Source: Carcharhinus longimanus (Eukaryota). Taken from it: a stretch of DNA of 64,000 bases. The stretch is taken from NCBI GenBank assembly GCA_030264375.1, contig JASCQW010000001.1, forward strand, positions 104,750,475 to 104,814,474, read 5' to 3'. The notes beneath the pieces were generated by a model. It ran no database searches. It was not told the origin of the DNA and worked only from the letters and a program-made list of their open reading frames with translations. This document shows, piece by piece, positions 1 through 11,750 of the stretch (position 1 is the first letter of the stretch; each line of letters starts with the position of its first letter). The translations under genes and the position numbers were made by a program.

Positions 1-185
1 TGCCTCTCTCTGCTCCTTCACTCGTCTGCTCCAGCAAACAATGGAAGGCTTCACCGTGTGCTCACTTGATAATTAAAACCAGAAGAGGTCTTCACCTGTT
101 GTTTCAATTCAAAAAGCTCACACTGGGGCAGATTTTTCCAAAATGTGCAGACTCTACGTATGTGAAATATTGTTCCCTATACCAT

Positions 186-300
186 ATAGAAACATAAGAA
201 TTGGGAGCAGGTAAAAGTCCTACTGTCTCTCTGGTTTGCTCCATCATTCAATAAAATGTTCTACCTCAAACCCACCTTCCTGCTCTATCTATCCCCACAG
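186..300 (-). mobile_element. CR1/HER1-like LINE 3' tail fragment
   Basis: tagaaacataagaattgggagcagg...ctccatcattcaataa is the reverse complement of the CR1-type 3' end also seen at 17181 and 58920. Confidence 0.6.
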
Positions 301-557
301 AAGTTACATTGGACAGGAATTAAAATCATGGCCAGAACTTTATGCTCCCCCACCACCTGACTGTGCGGGTTTGAGGTGGTGCAGGCACAGGGACTGCATA
401 TTTGTATGGATGGGACAACTGCCCTCTTCCTGTTCTGAATTATTGTGGGAATTTATTTTTTTCTCTGGGAACTGTCCCACCCAGCCATTTCACACAATTG
501 CACAGTTCCTACGCCTGTTGTGTCCTCAAGCTCATCATCATCACCAGTTCATCACAC

Positions 558-849
558 AAATTCTCTTCCACCTTCTCTCATTGGGAAAAAGATACAAAAG
601 TCAGAGATCACGTACTGACCAACTCAAGAACAGCTGCTTCCCTGCTGCCATCAGACTTTTGAATGGACCTACCTTATATTAAGCTGATCTTTCTCTACAC
701 CCTGGCTATAACTATAACACTACATTCTGCATTCTATCCTTACCTTCCCTCCATGTACTCTATGAATGGTATGCTTTGTCTGTCTAGTGCGCTGGAAACA
801 ATACTTTTAACTGTAGACCAATACATGTGACAATAATCAAATCAAATCA
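558..849 (+). mobile_element. Rex1/Babar-like LINE 3' end
   Basis: Encodes the C-terminal motif LFHLLSLGKRYKSQRSRTDQLKNSCFPAAIRLLN, then a 3' UTR ending in (aaatc)n. Confidence 0.75.
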
Positions 850-1600
850 TCTTCCAGGGTATTTTGGTTATTTTTACTTCTCATTTGTACTTCTCTATCT
901 GTGACAACTCTATCTCTATCTTGTACTTCTCTATCTGTGACAACTCATTTACTATCTTCCTTCCTTATTCTGCACATCCTTTCCCAGTGATGGAAGTTTC
1001 CACAACTTCTATGGTTTAATCCGTATGCAGAATGTTTCCATCTGTTTGTGATCTGATGTTGTCATCCGCAGCTCTTGTGCATCCTTCTCTGCCTGATATG
1101 CATTCATTTGTTACTGTTTCTCTGCATTAACCCTACTGCATTTCTTCAACATTGCTGAATGCCACCTACTTAGGTAGTCATCATTTTCATCCATCCATGG
1201 CTTCATGAGCTTTGGCAATGTTTGCAGGCAATGTTGTGAACTTGTCCTGGGAGATTTGTTTAGCTGGAAAATAAAGGAAGAAATCTACAGTAACCCTCAA
1301 TTAAAGGCAGTTAAGCTGGTTGCAGTTGGAGTTCTGGGAGTAATCAGCATGGCTGCCACTTGAAACCATATGGGCTTTCTAATGGATTTAAGGCACTGTG
1401 CAGGAGTGCTGGGAGACTGTGCTGGAGCTACAGAATCCAGAATGGGGAGGTTGGTTAAGAAATTGTCTCAGCCACAAGATAATGGGAGACCTCCCCATCA
1501 AATCTATACCTTGTTAAATTGCTGGAACCTTGAAGTGAAACCAGAGTGAATTCTGAAGGACAGTGATATATCTTTTGAGTTGGTCCCAGGAAAAATTGTA

Positions 1601-1782
1601 AAATCATAGTATCACTCCAGTGCAGAAGGAGATCATTTGGCCCATCGAGTATGCACTGACTTTCCGACAAAGCATCTTCCCTGTAACCAGCTTCCCACAT
1701 ATTTAACCAGCTAATTTAATTAACCTTGGGACACTGAGGGACAATTTAGCATGGTCAATCCACTTAATCTGCACATCTTTGG
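1601..1782 (-). mobile_element. HE1/V-SINE, 3' half
   Basis: gcagaagga...atttggcccatcgag tail and ggacaatttagcatggtcaatccacttaatctgcacatctttgga core. Confidence 0.75.
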
Positions 1783-1986
1783 AAGTGACTGAAGCTTAAA
1801 GACTTTATAAGATAATGGAGACCCAGGGGGGGAATGGAAAGTAGAACTGAGTTTATATCATCAGTCTTTATAACTATTAAGTTAATCAAGCTTAGATTGT
1901 TTAATTCCTCTTATCGTTGATATGCAGTAAGGTTTTTTCATTAAAAATGGGAAATCTTGTAGCATAGTTCAGTTAATTTCTTTTTG

Positions 1987-2275
1987 CATAGATTCCCTAC
2001 AGGGCAGAAGGAGGCCATTCAGTCCACTGGGTCTGCACTGACTCTCCTAGAGAGCATGTTACTCAGCTCTTATTCCCAGAACCCCGCATATTTGCCCCAC
2101 TAATTTCCCTAACTTGCACATCTTTAGACTGTGGGAAGAAATTGAGTACCTGGAGGAAACCCAAGCAGATATAGGGAGAACGTGCAGACTCCACACAGTC
2201 ACCCAAGGCTGCAATTGAACCTGGATCCCTGGCACTGTGAGGCAGCAGTGTTAACCACTGTGTCGCCATGCTGCC
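1987..2275 (-). mobile_element. HE1/V-SINE, full length
   Basis: The reverse complement gives a tRNA-like head (ggcagcatggcgacacagtggttaacactgctgcctcacag...ggttcaattgc; A and B boxes), core and CR1-derived tail. Confidence 0.9.
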
Positions 2276-3051
2276 TGGTTCCTGACTGGATCAAAGTAAT
2301 TCTCATAACAATGGGTTCCTATTTCTTTAGAAATATTAGGACAATATACCAGTAATATAATTTAAATAATCAGCTACAACTTGGTTGTGTGGTGCTGCTT
2401 CAAAGCAGTGCTGCGAAAATTATGTTGGGCAGATAGTGCCGCAGTCCATCACCTGAACAGCCCACATGGCTGTTAGTGATATGAATGAGGAATCCCATGT
2501 GGGCAATGTATGTAGTAGCCGGTGGCACTGTCTGTCAAACTGCCCCCCCTCCCCTGAGGATAGACCAGTTTGAACAATGCTATGCAAACACATCCGTAAT
2601 CCGATTCATATAAATATTTGTCAAGTCTTTCCTAAATTTCTTACTTGCAATTAATGGCTACAGGAAGGAGTCACAGAGTAGGGAGTTAAAGTGTGCCGCA
2701 TAACAGATAATTGTGTTTAAAATAGAAATCAAAGAGAGAAACAGGAATGAGGACTTTTGGAGTTGCCGTGTGTTGGGTTTGAAACAGTTGCTATTGGCCT
2801 ATCTGATTTGCATAATTAGCATATCAAGCCAATGATGAGGAATAATGTAACCAGATTAAGAAAGCTTTGGGTCTTTTAAATGATGTTACATGTTAGCTAC
2901 ATTCATTATAAATATGTATAAAATAATGAATGAGTTGAAGGAACAGTCCTGCAGTATACCGATAAGGAAAGATAGTGTGAGGGATTCTTTGGTTCCACTA
3001 GCTCCCGACGACAGTCGACATGGCCCAAAGAATCTGGCGTCGGTGGAAATA

Positions 3052-3995
3052 CGGGCCGGGTTTCTCCCAAAAAAGTTCAAAGTGTTGAAATTGTGGGAAA
3101 ACTGGAGTGAATCAGGCTGTTTTTTTCAGTGGGAGTTCACACTGGAATCTCTCACACTCTGTGCACTGCAGAGACCACCAGTATGAATATCATTAGATTT
3201 CAGGGGGCAGGACCTAATCAGCTGGAGAGGCTGGAATCAGCGTGCTGAGTGGGCCTCTGTGTATGTGCAGTAGCCCCGAACTGTCTGCCTGCAGTTTGGA
3301 GGCCAGCGCGATCGCTGGGCAGCCCGGGAGCCCTGCAATGCTGCTGCCCCCAACCCCCCGCACTCCTCCNNNNNNNNNNNNNNNNNNNNNNNNNNNNNNN
3401 NNNNNNNNNNNNNNNNNNNNNNNNNNNNNNNNNNNNNNNNNNNNNNNNNNNNNNNNNNNNNNNNNNNNNNNNNNNNNNNNNNNNNNNNNNNNNNNNNNNN
3501 NNNNNNNNNNNNNNNNNNNNNNNNNNNNNNACCCCATACCCTCCTGCCACCCCTCCCGCCCCGGCTTGCCCCGATCGCTGGCTTCACTCCTGCCCCGACT
3601 GGATTCCAATGCAGAGTGGCAGGCCCTACCCAGGCCCTACCCCTATTCCCCACTTTCAAAATGCCCCACCCCCTTGGTGCTACCCCATGCTTGATGGGTA
3701 GTGCCAAGGTGCCCCCGGGGAGGGGCACAATGCCCCTTGGGCAGTGCCGGGGCACAGGCTGACACTTCCCCCCTCTTCACTCCAGTGGGGTCAGGTCTCT
3801 GGTTCCCGAAAGTGGGAAGGTAGGCTGAACACCGCTGGAGTGAAATACTTCTGGCGGGATGGTTGATGCTAGCGGGCCTGGAGAATTGAGTCCTGAGCCC
3901 AATAATAGCATTTAAATATACTATTTATATAGGATGGGAGAATCGCCCTAGGTTTTCTGTGCTGGTTGCCAAACCCATTCTGAACCTCCCAAATC
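3052..3995. mobile_element. Non-autonomous Harbinger-like DNA transposon
   Basis: Starts gggccgggtttctccc; GC-rich interior with ggcagtgcc/ggcactgcc motifs shared with 5985-6676, 59200-59885 and 63259-63965. Confidence 0.55.
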
Positions 3996-4039
3996 GTTGG
4001 CCCCAATTAGGTTCTTGGCCAGGGTGTACGATAACCCAG

Positions 4040-4600
4040 TTAATATTCAAATGGCCTTCTAACATCTCATCTGCGGGCTCAGAGGCTGATTCACCAGCCT
4101 GAGATGTTCATGCCCCTTCAGCCAGAAGTCACTGCCCAGAATTAGTACAGGTTTTGAAAAGTGGTGACCTAGCAGACTGAGCATTGAGGAGGAACAAGGG
4201 GGTATTTCGCCACTTGGAAGTTATACTGGTGTGTCCAGAGGGTCTTGCAAAGGCTTTGTGGGTAGCGGAATCTGTGCTGGTAGTTCAAGGTGACCTCGGG
4301 GGTCCCTCTGCCCCCCCACCTAACCCTGGGCATGGGAATAGTCTGGCTGATCATCTCCATGCTGTGAGGGAAGGGTTCAGAGAAGCCACTGAGATGGCAC
4401 TCTTGGGTAACTGACCTGTCATTATGTATCTTGGTGTCAGTTGCATGTCTCACTTGTGATAGCTTCTCCAATAATGATGTCATGTGCTCTGTCGATCTGC
4501 GAGTTTTCATTTCTCTCAAAGAAATCCATTTGTACACTGGTTTACCCCCATGTTTCAGTCAACCGCTCAGAGCTGTTGGCACACCTCCAAGAATGGCTCC
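4040..4600 (-). mobile_element. Tx1/L1-like LINE ORF2 C-terminal remnant
   Basis: Degenerate minus-strand translation (LREMK...TKIHND...PMPR...LCKTLW) resembles the Tx1 C-terminal zinc-binding region. Confidence 0.45.
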
Positions 4601-4913
4601 AACTCAGTGAGGTCATCAGGTGGATTTGGCATTTTGCCCTTTCAAGGGTGACTGTAATCCATGCACAAACCCTCTCTTTCTTCTTATTTAAACAATTCAC
4701 CCAAATACATTATAATTCAATTACAATCCAAATATATTGTAAATTACAATCCAAAAACATTATAATTCCACAATGATAAATTATTAAAACAACTCTAAAA
4801 AACAAATATCCCTTCCTAAATACAACAGCAAACAACCTCCCTTCCAGTGAAAATGGAGTCCATCGTAAGTTATCTGTGACTTTTGAGGGTTTGTCTTCTG
4901 TGGTTTCATCGTC

Positions 4914-4994
4914 AGGGTGTTAGTATGCAGGGTGCTGTTGTCCAGGGTGTTAATGTCCAGGGTGCTGTTGTCCAGGGTGTTGGCATCCAGGGTA
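4914..4994. repeat. 15-bp degenerate minisatellite (cagggtgctgttgtc), about 5 units
   Basis: Directly visible tandem units gggtgctgttgtcca / gggtgttaatgtcca / gggtgttggcatcca. Confidence 0.8.
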
Positions 4995-5984
4995 TGCGGT
5001 TCAAGCATGTTACCTTCTAGGGTTTTGCCTTCTGGGCCACACAAACCCTAACTGGAACAAAAGTTCTCAGACAAGCCGCATTTGGGACAAACCTTTTCAA
5101 TGCCTCTTAGTTGCAGCTGCACTCGTGCTGCAGGAGGAGGTCAGCCAAGGAGAGTTACCTGAACGAACATATCAACCAGTATTGGCTTATTCTGTGTTCT
5201 GCAAGTCAGTTCATGTGATGTAGAGAAGTTGCTTGTTGAGTCAATCACGCGAGGCCCATTAAGGATCTCACTCTGTCTCAGCCCCACAGCTGCTTACGCT
5301 GACCACATTTACAGGCCAGTGAATAGGATTTCTAAACCCATAAGCAGCACTCGGCCCCTCCCCACACTGAGATCTGAGACACTGTATGGCAGGCCATAAC
5401 TCCTCAGCAATGGCTTCGCTTCCCCAGCACATAGGTTCCTGACACAGGTCATACAGGAAGATGCCAAGGTCCCTCCATGAGGCACCCTCCTCTGTGCTGC
5501 TGGGGTGGAATCCAGGGTGCTTGGAGGAGTTTGATGGCGGGATGTAGTCCCAGATAACCTAGCCTCATCTGATGGAGATCCTGCAAGACAAGGACATGTG
5601 GTGAGCTGGCGGAGATGTCAAGGAAGTGGGAGATGACAGATTCACTTGAGATGGGTCAGCTGGATCATGGTGCTTTGGGCTGTTACTTGCTCCAAGGCTT
5701 CTGACCTTGCAGTCAGTGGCAGTTCACTCTTGGCTCTCACCCACTATTTCCAGGGCCCTTGGTTCAGAGGGGACTCATGTTCCAGGGATACCACCATTCA
5801 TCTTCGCCTGCTCCCTCTTGTTAATGGGTGCAAGGCTGATTATAATTATTGAAATTCTAATTTTAATATTTTTAGTGATCCTTGGACACAATTGCCCGGA
5901 CTTGCTTGCATTACCTTTTCCCCATCAATGGGGACTAGATGTGACGTGCTCACCACTGGGACCAGAGGCATTGAGGCCCCTCAG

Positions 5985-6676
5985 GTGGTGAGGGGCAGGG
6001 GGTAGTGCCCTTTGGGCTGTTCCAACCTGACACTACCAGCTTGGGTTTCTAGCAATGGCAGACTGGCATCCTGCACTGCCCACCAGACACCCTGGCACTG
6101 CCCACCAGACACCCTGGCACTGCCCATCAAGCACCAGGCAGTGCCATAGGGTGGGGGCCTAAGGTGAAGGGTGGGGTCCAAGGGAGGGGGCAGGGCCTGA
6201 AGAGGAGGCAACATGTGGGGAGCTGTGTAATCTGCAATGGTGGGGGTGGGATGAACAGGGTGGANNNNNNNNNNNNNNNNNNNNNNNNNNNNNNNNNNNN
6301 NNNNNNNNNNNNNNNNNNNNNNNNNNNNNNNNNNNNNNNNNNNNNNNNNNNNNNNNNNNNNNNNNNNNNNNNNNNNNNNNNNNNNNNNNNNNNNNNNNNN
6401 NNNNNNNNNNNNNNNNNNNNGGTGATGTCCGGGGGAGTTGGGGGAGTGATAACCTCTAAATGCAGTGACTGTATACACTTGTACACAGTTAGTGCATTGG
6501 GAGATCAGACGTATGTACAATGGCACCCTTTAGCTGCCTGCAGCTGGCTTCCTGGCATCAATGGATTCCTTCCACTCCCCCTACTTGCCAAAATTATACT
6601 TTGCCTCATTTTTTTCTCTATATGTGATCAGATTTGAATCTTTCTCTCACCAAAAAAACAGATCTGAATCTCTCCC
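5985..6676. mobile_element. Non-autonomous Harbinger-like element fragment with internal 22-bp tandem (cactgcccaccagacaccctgg)
   Basis: Motifs shared with 3052-3995; tandem at about 6073-6125. Confidence 0.5.
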
Positions 6677-6794
6677 ATTTTATTTGGTATTTAGAATCTT
6701 TTTTGTTAAGGTTGCCCTCTAAGTCTATGATAAACTGGTTGAATGGGTTAAGTGTTAAATTTCTTAGGGACTGTACAGTTTAACTGTTATCGTT

Positions 6795-7038
6795 GTATAA
6801 ATGGACTTAGAGGGAAAGGGATGTGGTGTCTGCCCCCTTCAAGTGGCGAATGGCTGATAGGGTCATGAGATCCAGGAATATCAATCGGGAACAAGTGTGG
6901 GAGGTTCACCCCAGCAAACGTGGACTTTTACCTCAGGTCAATATGGACAATCACTAGCAGCCATGAAGTTGCAAGACTCTGTAAGGTAAATAAATGTTAA
7001 GTTGTTTCATACCTAACTGGGAAGCTAAAGTTATTACA
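6795..7038 (+). mobile_element. Possible solo LTR
   Basis: AATAAA then ...gttattaca end, like the confirmed LTR at 61358-61650; flanks cgttg/ggttg could be a mutated 5-bp TSD. Confidence 0.4.
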
Positions 7039-7059
7039 GGTTGTTAACACAAAGCAGTG

Positions 7060-7250
7060 AGTCAGGGTAAATATCTCATTTCCAGGATGGCAAACTCTAA
7101 CAAGTGGACTGCCTCAGAGATCAGTGTTAGGGCCTCAACTATTGACAATTTATATTAATGATTTGGATGAAGGTACAGAATCTATGGTGGCTAAATTTAC
7201 TGATGACATAAAAATTGAATGGAAGACAGGTTGTGAAGAGGATACAACAG
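7060..7250 (+). mobile_element. CR1 LINE reverse transcriptase fragment
   Basis: PQRSVLGPQLLTIYINDLDEGTESMVAKFTDDIKI matches the QGSVLGP and FADD motifs. Confidence 0.9.
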
Positions 7251-7984
7251 ATTGGATTTTCACAATGTTGAAGAGCCTCTTTATCATTACAAAAACAGTG
7301 GAGGAGGCTGAAATATAGAAGTCCTGCCTCCCCGAAAAGAGCAACCATCATTTCCATGGCAGCAGAATGGGGTTGGGTTGGGATTTGCACATGTCCATGT
7401 AAAACAGATGTTGCCTCCAGTCATGTCTAATTGCCATTGGCCTGTATTGGAAAATGCAATTTATGATGATTAGACCCAGTAGGAGAAGGTCCAAATTTTG
7501 CCTTTTAGAGAGGTAGGGTAACCAGAACATGGTCCCAGGACACTTTTAGGGGTGGGTCAGGGCCAATCCTGACCAGACAAGTTATGAGAGCCACTTAGGA
7601 CAAGCACTGTTGATGAACCCAACAGCACCACTGACGCTTGTCTTATTTTAAGATGTCCGCCCAGCACTTAGACAAGAATTGCCCATAGACTTTACTACAA
7701 TTGGCTATTTTATTGTACAATTCATAAGATGCATTATTGTCTTTAAGTGAGTGCTGAGGTGAGGAATAATGATGATTCCAAAATTCAGGAATGCTAGTTT
7801 AATGAAAAAAATCGAGGTTTGTTTTTTCTATAAAACAAGACTGTAAGATAGCCCATTGTTTCCTTGTCTTTAAAATAATAATTTTTTTTTAGAAGAAACT
7901 ATCAAAATTGATTTGGACTGATTATTCAGTACAGTAAAAAATCTCAAAAATCAGGAAACATAAATGGAAAACAAAACTGTTTTT

Positions 7985-8111
7985 AAAAAATGTTTACTTA
8001 TTGGTGTCACAAGTAGGCTTACATTAAGACTGCATGAAGTTACTGTGCAAATCCCCTAGTCCCACACTCCAGCGCATGTCAGGGTACACTGAGGGAGAAT
8101 TTAGCATGGCC
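7985..8111 (-). mobile_element. HE1-like SINE with alternative 3' tail (fragment)
   Basis: gtgtcacaagtaggcttacatt...gaagttactgtg tail joined to the gaatttagcatggcc core. Confidence 0.7.
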
Positions 8112-8127
8112 GAGTTGGGGATAACCT

Positions 8128-8508
8128 GCGACACGGTAGCACAGTGGTTAGCAAGGACCTTGGTTTGATTCCCGGCTGGGGTCACTGTCTGTGTGGAGCT
8201 TGCACATGCTCCTCGTGTCTGTGTGGGTTTCCTCTGGGTGCTCNNNNNNNNNNNNNNNNNNNNNNNNNNNNNNNNNNNNNNNNNNNNNNNNNNNNNNNNN
8301 NNNNNNNNNNNNNNNNNNNNNNNNNNNNNNNNNNNNNNNNNNNGACCATGGTAAAAATTGCACCTTACAGTCATGAGATGCATACATTAGAGGGATTAGT
8401 GGGTAAATGTGTAGGGATGTGGGGATAGGGCCTGGGTGGGTTTATGGTCAGTACAGACTCGATGGGCCAAATGGCCTCCTTCTGCACTGTAAGGTTTCTA
8501 TGATTCTA
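8128..8508 (+). mobile_element. HE1/V-SINE (contains a 100-N gap)
   Basis: Head cacggtagcacagtggttagc, tail gatgggccaaatggcctccttctgcactgta...ttctatgattcta. Confidence 0.9.
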
Positions 8509-9484
8509 AAAAAAGGAGCCGACGTGTGAAATTTTTCGCAAGGTATTTGCAATTTCTCTGACTGGCATTTTTAGCGCTGAATAATGTATTCATTTAAAAG
8601 TCCTTTGTTAGAATTATGCAGGTGGGAATTTTACACAAACAAATTGAGTGTGCTTTATAATAGCACTCAGCAGAATTTCAATTCCCTGACAGGTAACATA
8701 ATTGTGGAATAGTTAGAAAAAGTGCCACTAAAACAAATTCCATGAATGAATTCAAGGGACAGTGTACCCATGGTGAGATTGAGGAAAATAGTGAGAAACT
8801 AAATGTTTCAATCAAAAAGGTACAATCCCGTTGTGGTCAAAACGCTTGTTTAGATTTCCTGGCTATCGGACTTAAGTATGAGTGTGTGTACACTTTATTG
8901 GAATGGTGTTACCAAATGATACATTATGTGTCCTTTCCCAAATCTTTTTAAATTAGAACACCTCTGGTTAAAATACGTAAGGATTGGGACATAAAATTAA
9001 ATGCTGCAAGATTCTCTCATTAGATGCAAGAATTATTTCTTGCCTTTGTGTTGAATGCATCACACATTAGTCACAGCACTGACCTAGTTTGTGTTGCAGC
9101 ATTTCTTTTTCTGTTGAAGTCAGATTATCCCAGGAGATTTACACAGCATTAAGGTTGAAGACTTGCAAACTAAATACAGGAACTGAGTGTCAGAAAATAA
9201 ATTTCCCATCCATCATTGGAAGATTGACACACATGATGGAACGATGTGTCAGCACTGTTGTGGAAGGCCTATGTAACACATCACAGAGAGCAGCGATTCT
9301 TCACGATCTATAAGTACAAGCATTAAGCCATGAATCACTATCATTTTACAGTAAGACAACTGTCAAAAGCTAATGTGATTATTTTGAATTTGCCACTGCA
9401 AGACTTTATTACGCACAGGAAATAACCTTCTCACAACATTACAATATTTCAAAACGGACAAAGGAATAGGGGTTAATTTTATAG

Positions 9485-9865
9485 TAGCAAGGGTGGGCCA
9501 TTCAGCCCCTTGAGGCTATTCTGCCATTCAGTTAGATCATGACTGCTTTATACATAAATTTACTTTAGTTTCACATCTCCTGGTTTCCTTAGCTAAACAG
9601 AGTTCTGGCAATGTCAGTCCTGGAAATTATAGTTGATGTACAATAGCAATTTGGAGGAGCTTCAGATTCCAATAAGTGCTTGCCAATTTCACTCCCAGGT
9701 TAACAAGTTCTAATCCTTACATTTTGCTCCCTTGTTCTCATCTCCCAATAAAGAAAATATTTCTCTGTGTCTCCACTATCCAGCCTTTTATCATGTGAAG
9801 GGTCTTGATTAGATTATCCCATAAGGTGCTAAGTTCAAGAGAACATGTGCCAAGTTCATGCAATG
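9485..9865 (-). mobile_element. Old CR1 LINE 3' fragment
   Basis: ggccattcagccccttgag...gccattcagttagatcatg tail; minus-strand WDNLIKTLHMIKG resembles RGDLIETYKIMKG. Confidence 0.65.
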
Positions 9866-10279
9866 CTGAGGAAGGGAAAAGCAGCAGGTAAACCTGACAA
9901 CCTCTCGGTAGGCTGGGGTGTGTCCCTGTTTGGATACTTTTTAGCCCAGCAACCTCATTGCCCACCCTTCCTCCTCCTTTGTCACTAGGTTCTGCCTATG
10001 GCTGTGGCACACCTAGTGTCACGAGACACCACTTACCTGCTTGGGTGGGCAATGTTCTTCTGTGGCATCAGCAGGTGCAGTCCCAACAGTAGCCATCACT
10101 TCCTGTGGCAGTGCTGAGACTGCTGAGCTGCCATGGCAAGAAAAAAGTTGCCTGACCCCAGCAAAATGTGACCGGGAGGCCCATCGATGAGGATCAGACC
10201 TATTGTTGGCATTATGCCACAACAATAAAATTCTAGCCTCATTGTGCCGCCATGCCACATGTGCCATTGTTTATATTGT

Positions 10280-11750
10280 TTATAGGAAGGTAGAAGCAGG
10301 AGTAGCAACTTGTGTGTATTCTGTCTGTATTCATGACATTTTTTCTACCTCCACATTGCCTTTTCCCTAGATCCTTTAACACCTCTGCATAACAAACATC
10401 TGTCAATTTCAGCTTTAAAATTAACAAATGATCAATTTGCAAAAGAGAGTTCCAAACCTCACCCGCACTTTGCAAGAAGGCATGTTTTCTAAGTTTGCTC
10501 CTGGCTCTAACTTTTTGACTATGCTCCCTGGTCCTTTACTCCTCAACTAGCAGTTTCTCCCAATCTACCCCATTTGTTCCCCTTAATAGTTTGAAAACTT
10601 CAATCCATTCGCAGTCAACCTTCTAAATTCGACGGGATACAAGACTGGTATGTTTTGATCTCTCCTCATGTCTTAAACGTTCAATACCAGGTGTAATTCT
10701 GGTCAATCTATGCTGCACTCCCTCCAGGATCTTCCTCAGGTTTGCTGCCCAGACTGCTCACAGTGTTCCAGTTGTGGTCCAACCAGAGCTTTGTATAGCT
10801 GAAACATGACTTCTATCGCAGTGTATTCCAGTCCCCTAGATATAAAGGCCATTTGTCTTTTTGATTTTTTTTACTACCTATTCATGACATTTTAATGATC
10901 TGTGTATCTGGAACCCTGTCTCTTTGGAGCTTCACTATTTTTAGCTTCTCATCATTTGGGAAGTATCCTCTTCTATTCCTTTGTTAGTTTCACTGTGAGT
11001 GACCCCACAATTGCTGGTGTTGAAATCCATCTACCACAGTTTTGCCCATTCACTTCACCTATCTCTATCATTTTGTAATTTCATTCTTCCATTTACATAA
11101 CATACAATACCTCCCATCCCTATGTAATCATTAAATTTGGATATTTGGCTTTCTATCCCATCATCTGTGTAGTAAATAAAAACCCGAATTGTTGAGACCC
11201 TAACATCCTTGTTGGACATCACTAGTTTTGTTCTGACACTTAGGCTGGAATTTTGCCACCTTGCCCGTCCTAGAATCGAGGCGGATAAACAGCATTCTCA
11301 GTTGGCCTCGGGCAGGATCTTATGAGCCTCGGGCAGGCAAGGCAGTAAAATTCCGACATTAGAGTACTTGTTCATTACCTTTCAGTCAGTCAATTTTGTA
11401 ACCAGGTTAGTAGTTTGCCTTTAGTTTCATGAGCTTCAATTTTAACTTAGTATCTTATGAGGGATTTTAGCAAATGACTTCTAGAAGTCTACATAAATAA
11501 TAGCCTTAGATACGCCCTTGTCCACTACTTCAGTCACGTCTTCAAAAAACTGAATCATATTTGTAAAGCATGATCCATCCTTTACAAGTCCAAGCTGCCT
11601 CTCCCTGAATAGCTGAAAATATTCAATACGTTCAATCAATCTATCCTTAATTATAAACTCTAGCAATTTCCCGACAACAGATGTTAGGCTAATTAGTCCA
11701 GAAATCCCTGGTTTCTCTCTTTCACCTTTCTCAACTAGCTTAATTACCTA
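10280..11750 (-). mobile_element. CR1 LINE (RT to 3' end), decayed, with nested MITE
   Basis: ORF 11481-11666 gives QLGLVKDGSCFTNMIQFFEDVT...IYVDF; EVWNSL motif near the 3' end. Confidence 0.9.
11243..11358. mobile_element. Harbinger-type MITE, 116 bp, TTA TSD
   Basis: TIRs ggctggaattttgccaccttg / caaggcagtaaaattccgaca; TTA at 11240-11242 and 11359-11361. Confidence 0.85.

Larger units (their letters stand above)
1232..2310 (+). mobile_element. Possible solo LTR interrupted by two SINEs
   Basis: Starts tgttgtga and ends tcataaca (inverted TG...CA termini); no clear TSD. Confidence 0.3.

Noticed and set aside
2983-3034. 10-bp inverted repeat gattctttgg/ccaaagaatc as a pre-miRNA
   Set aside because: The stem is too short with an unpaired interior, and it is adjacent to a transposon terminus.
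3214-3755. Clusters of 100-200 aa ORFs (also 5981-6637, 23293-23819, 52571-53224, 53564-54148)
   Set aside because: They are inflated by N-runs and GC-rich repeat sequence.
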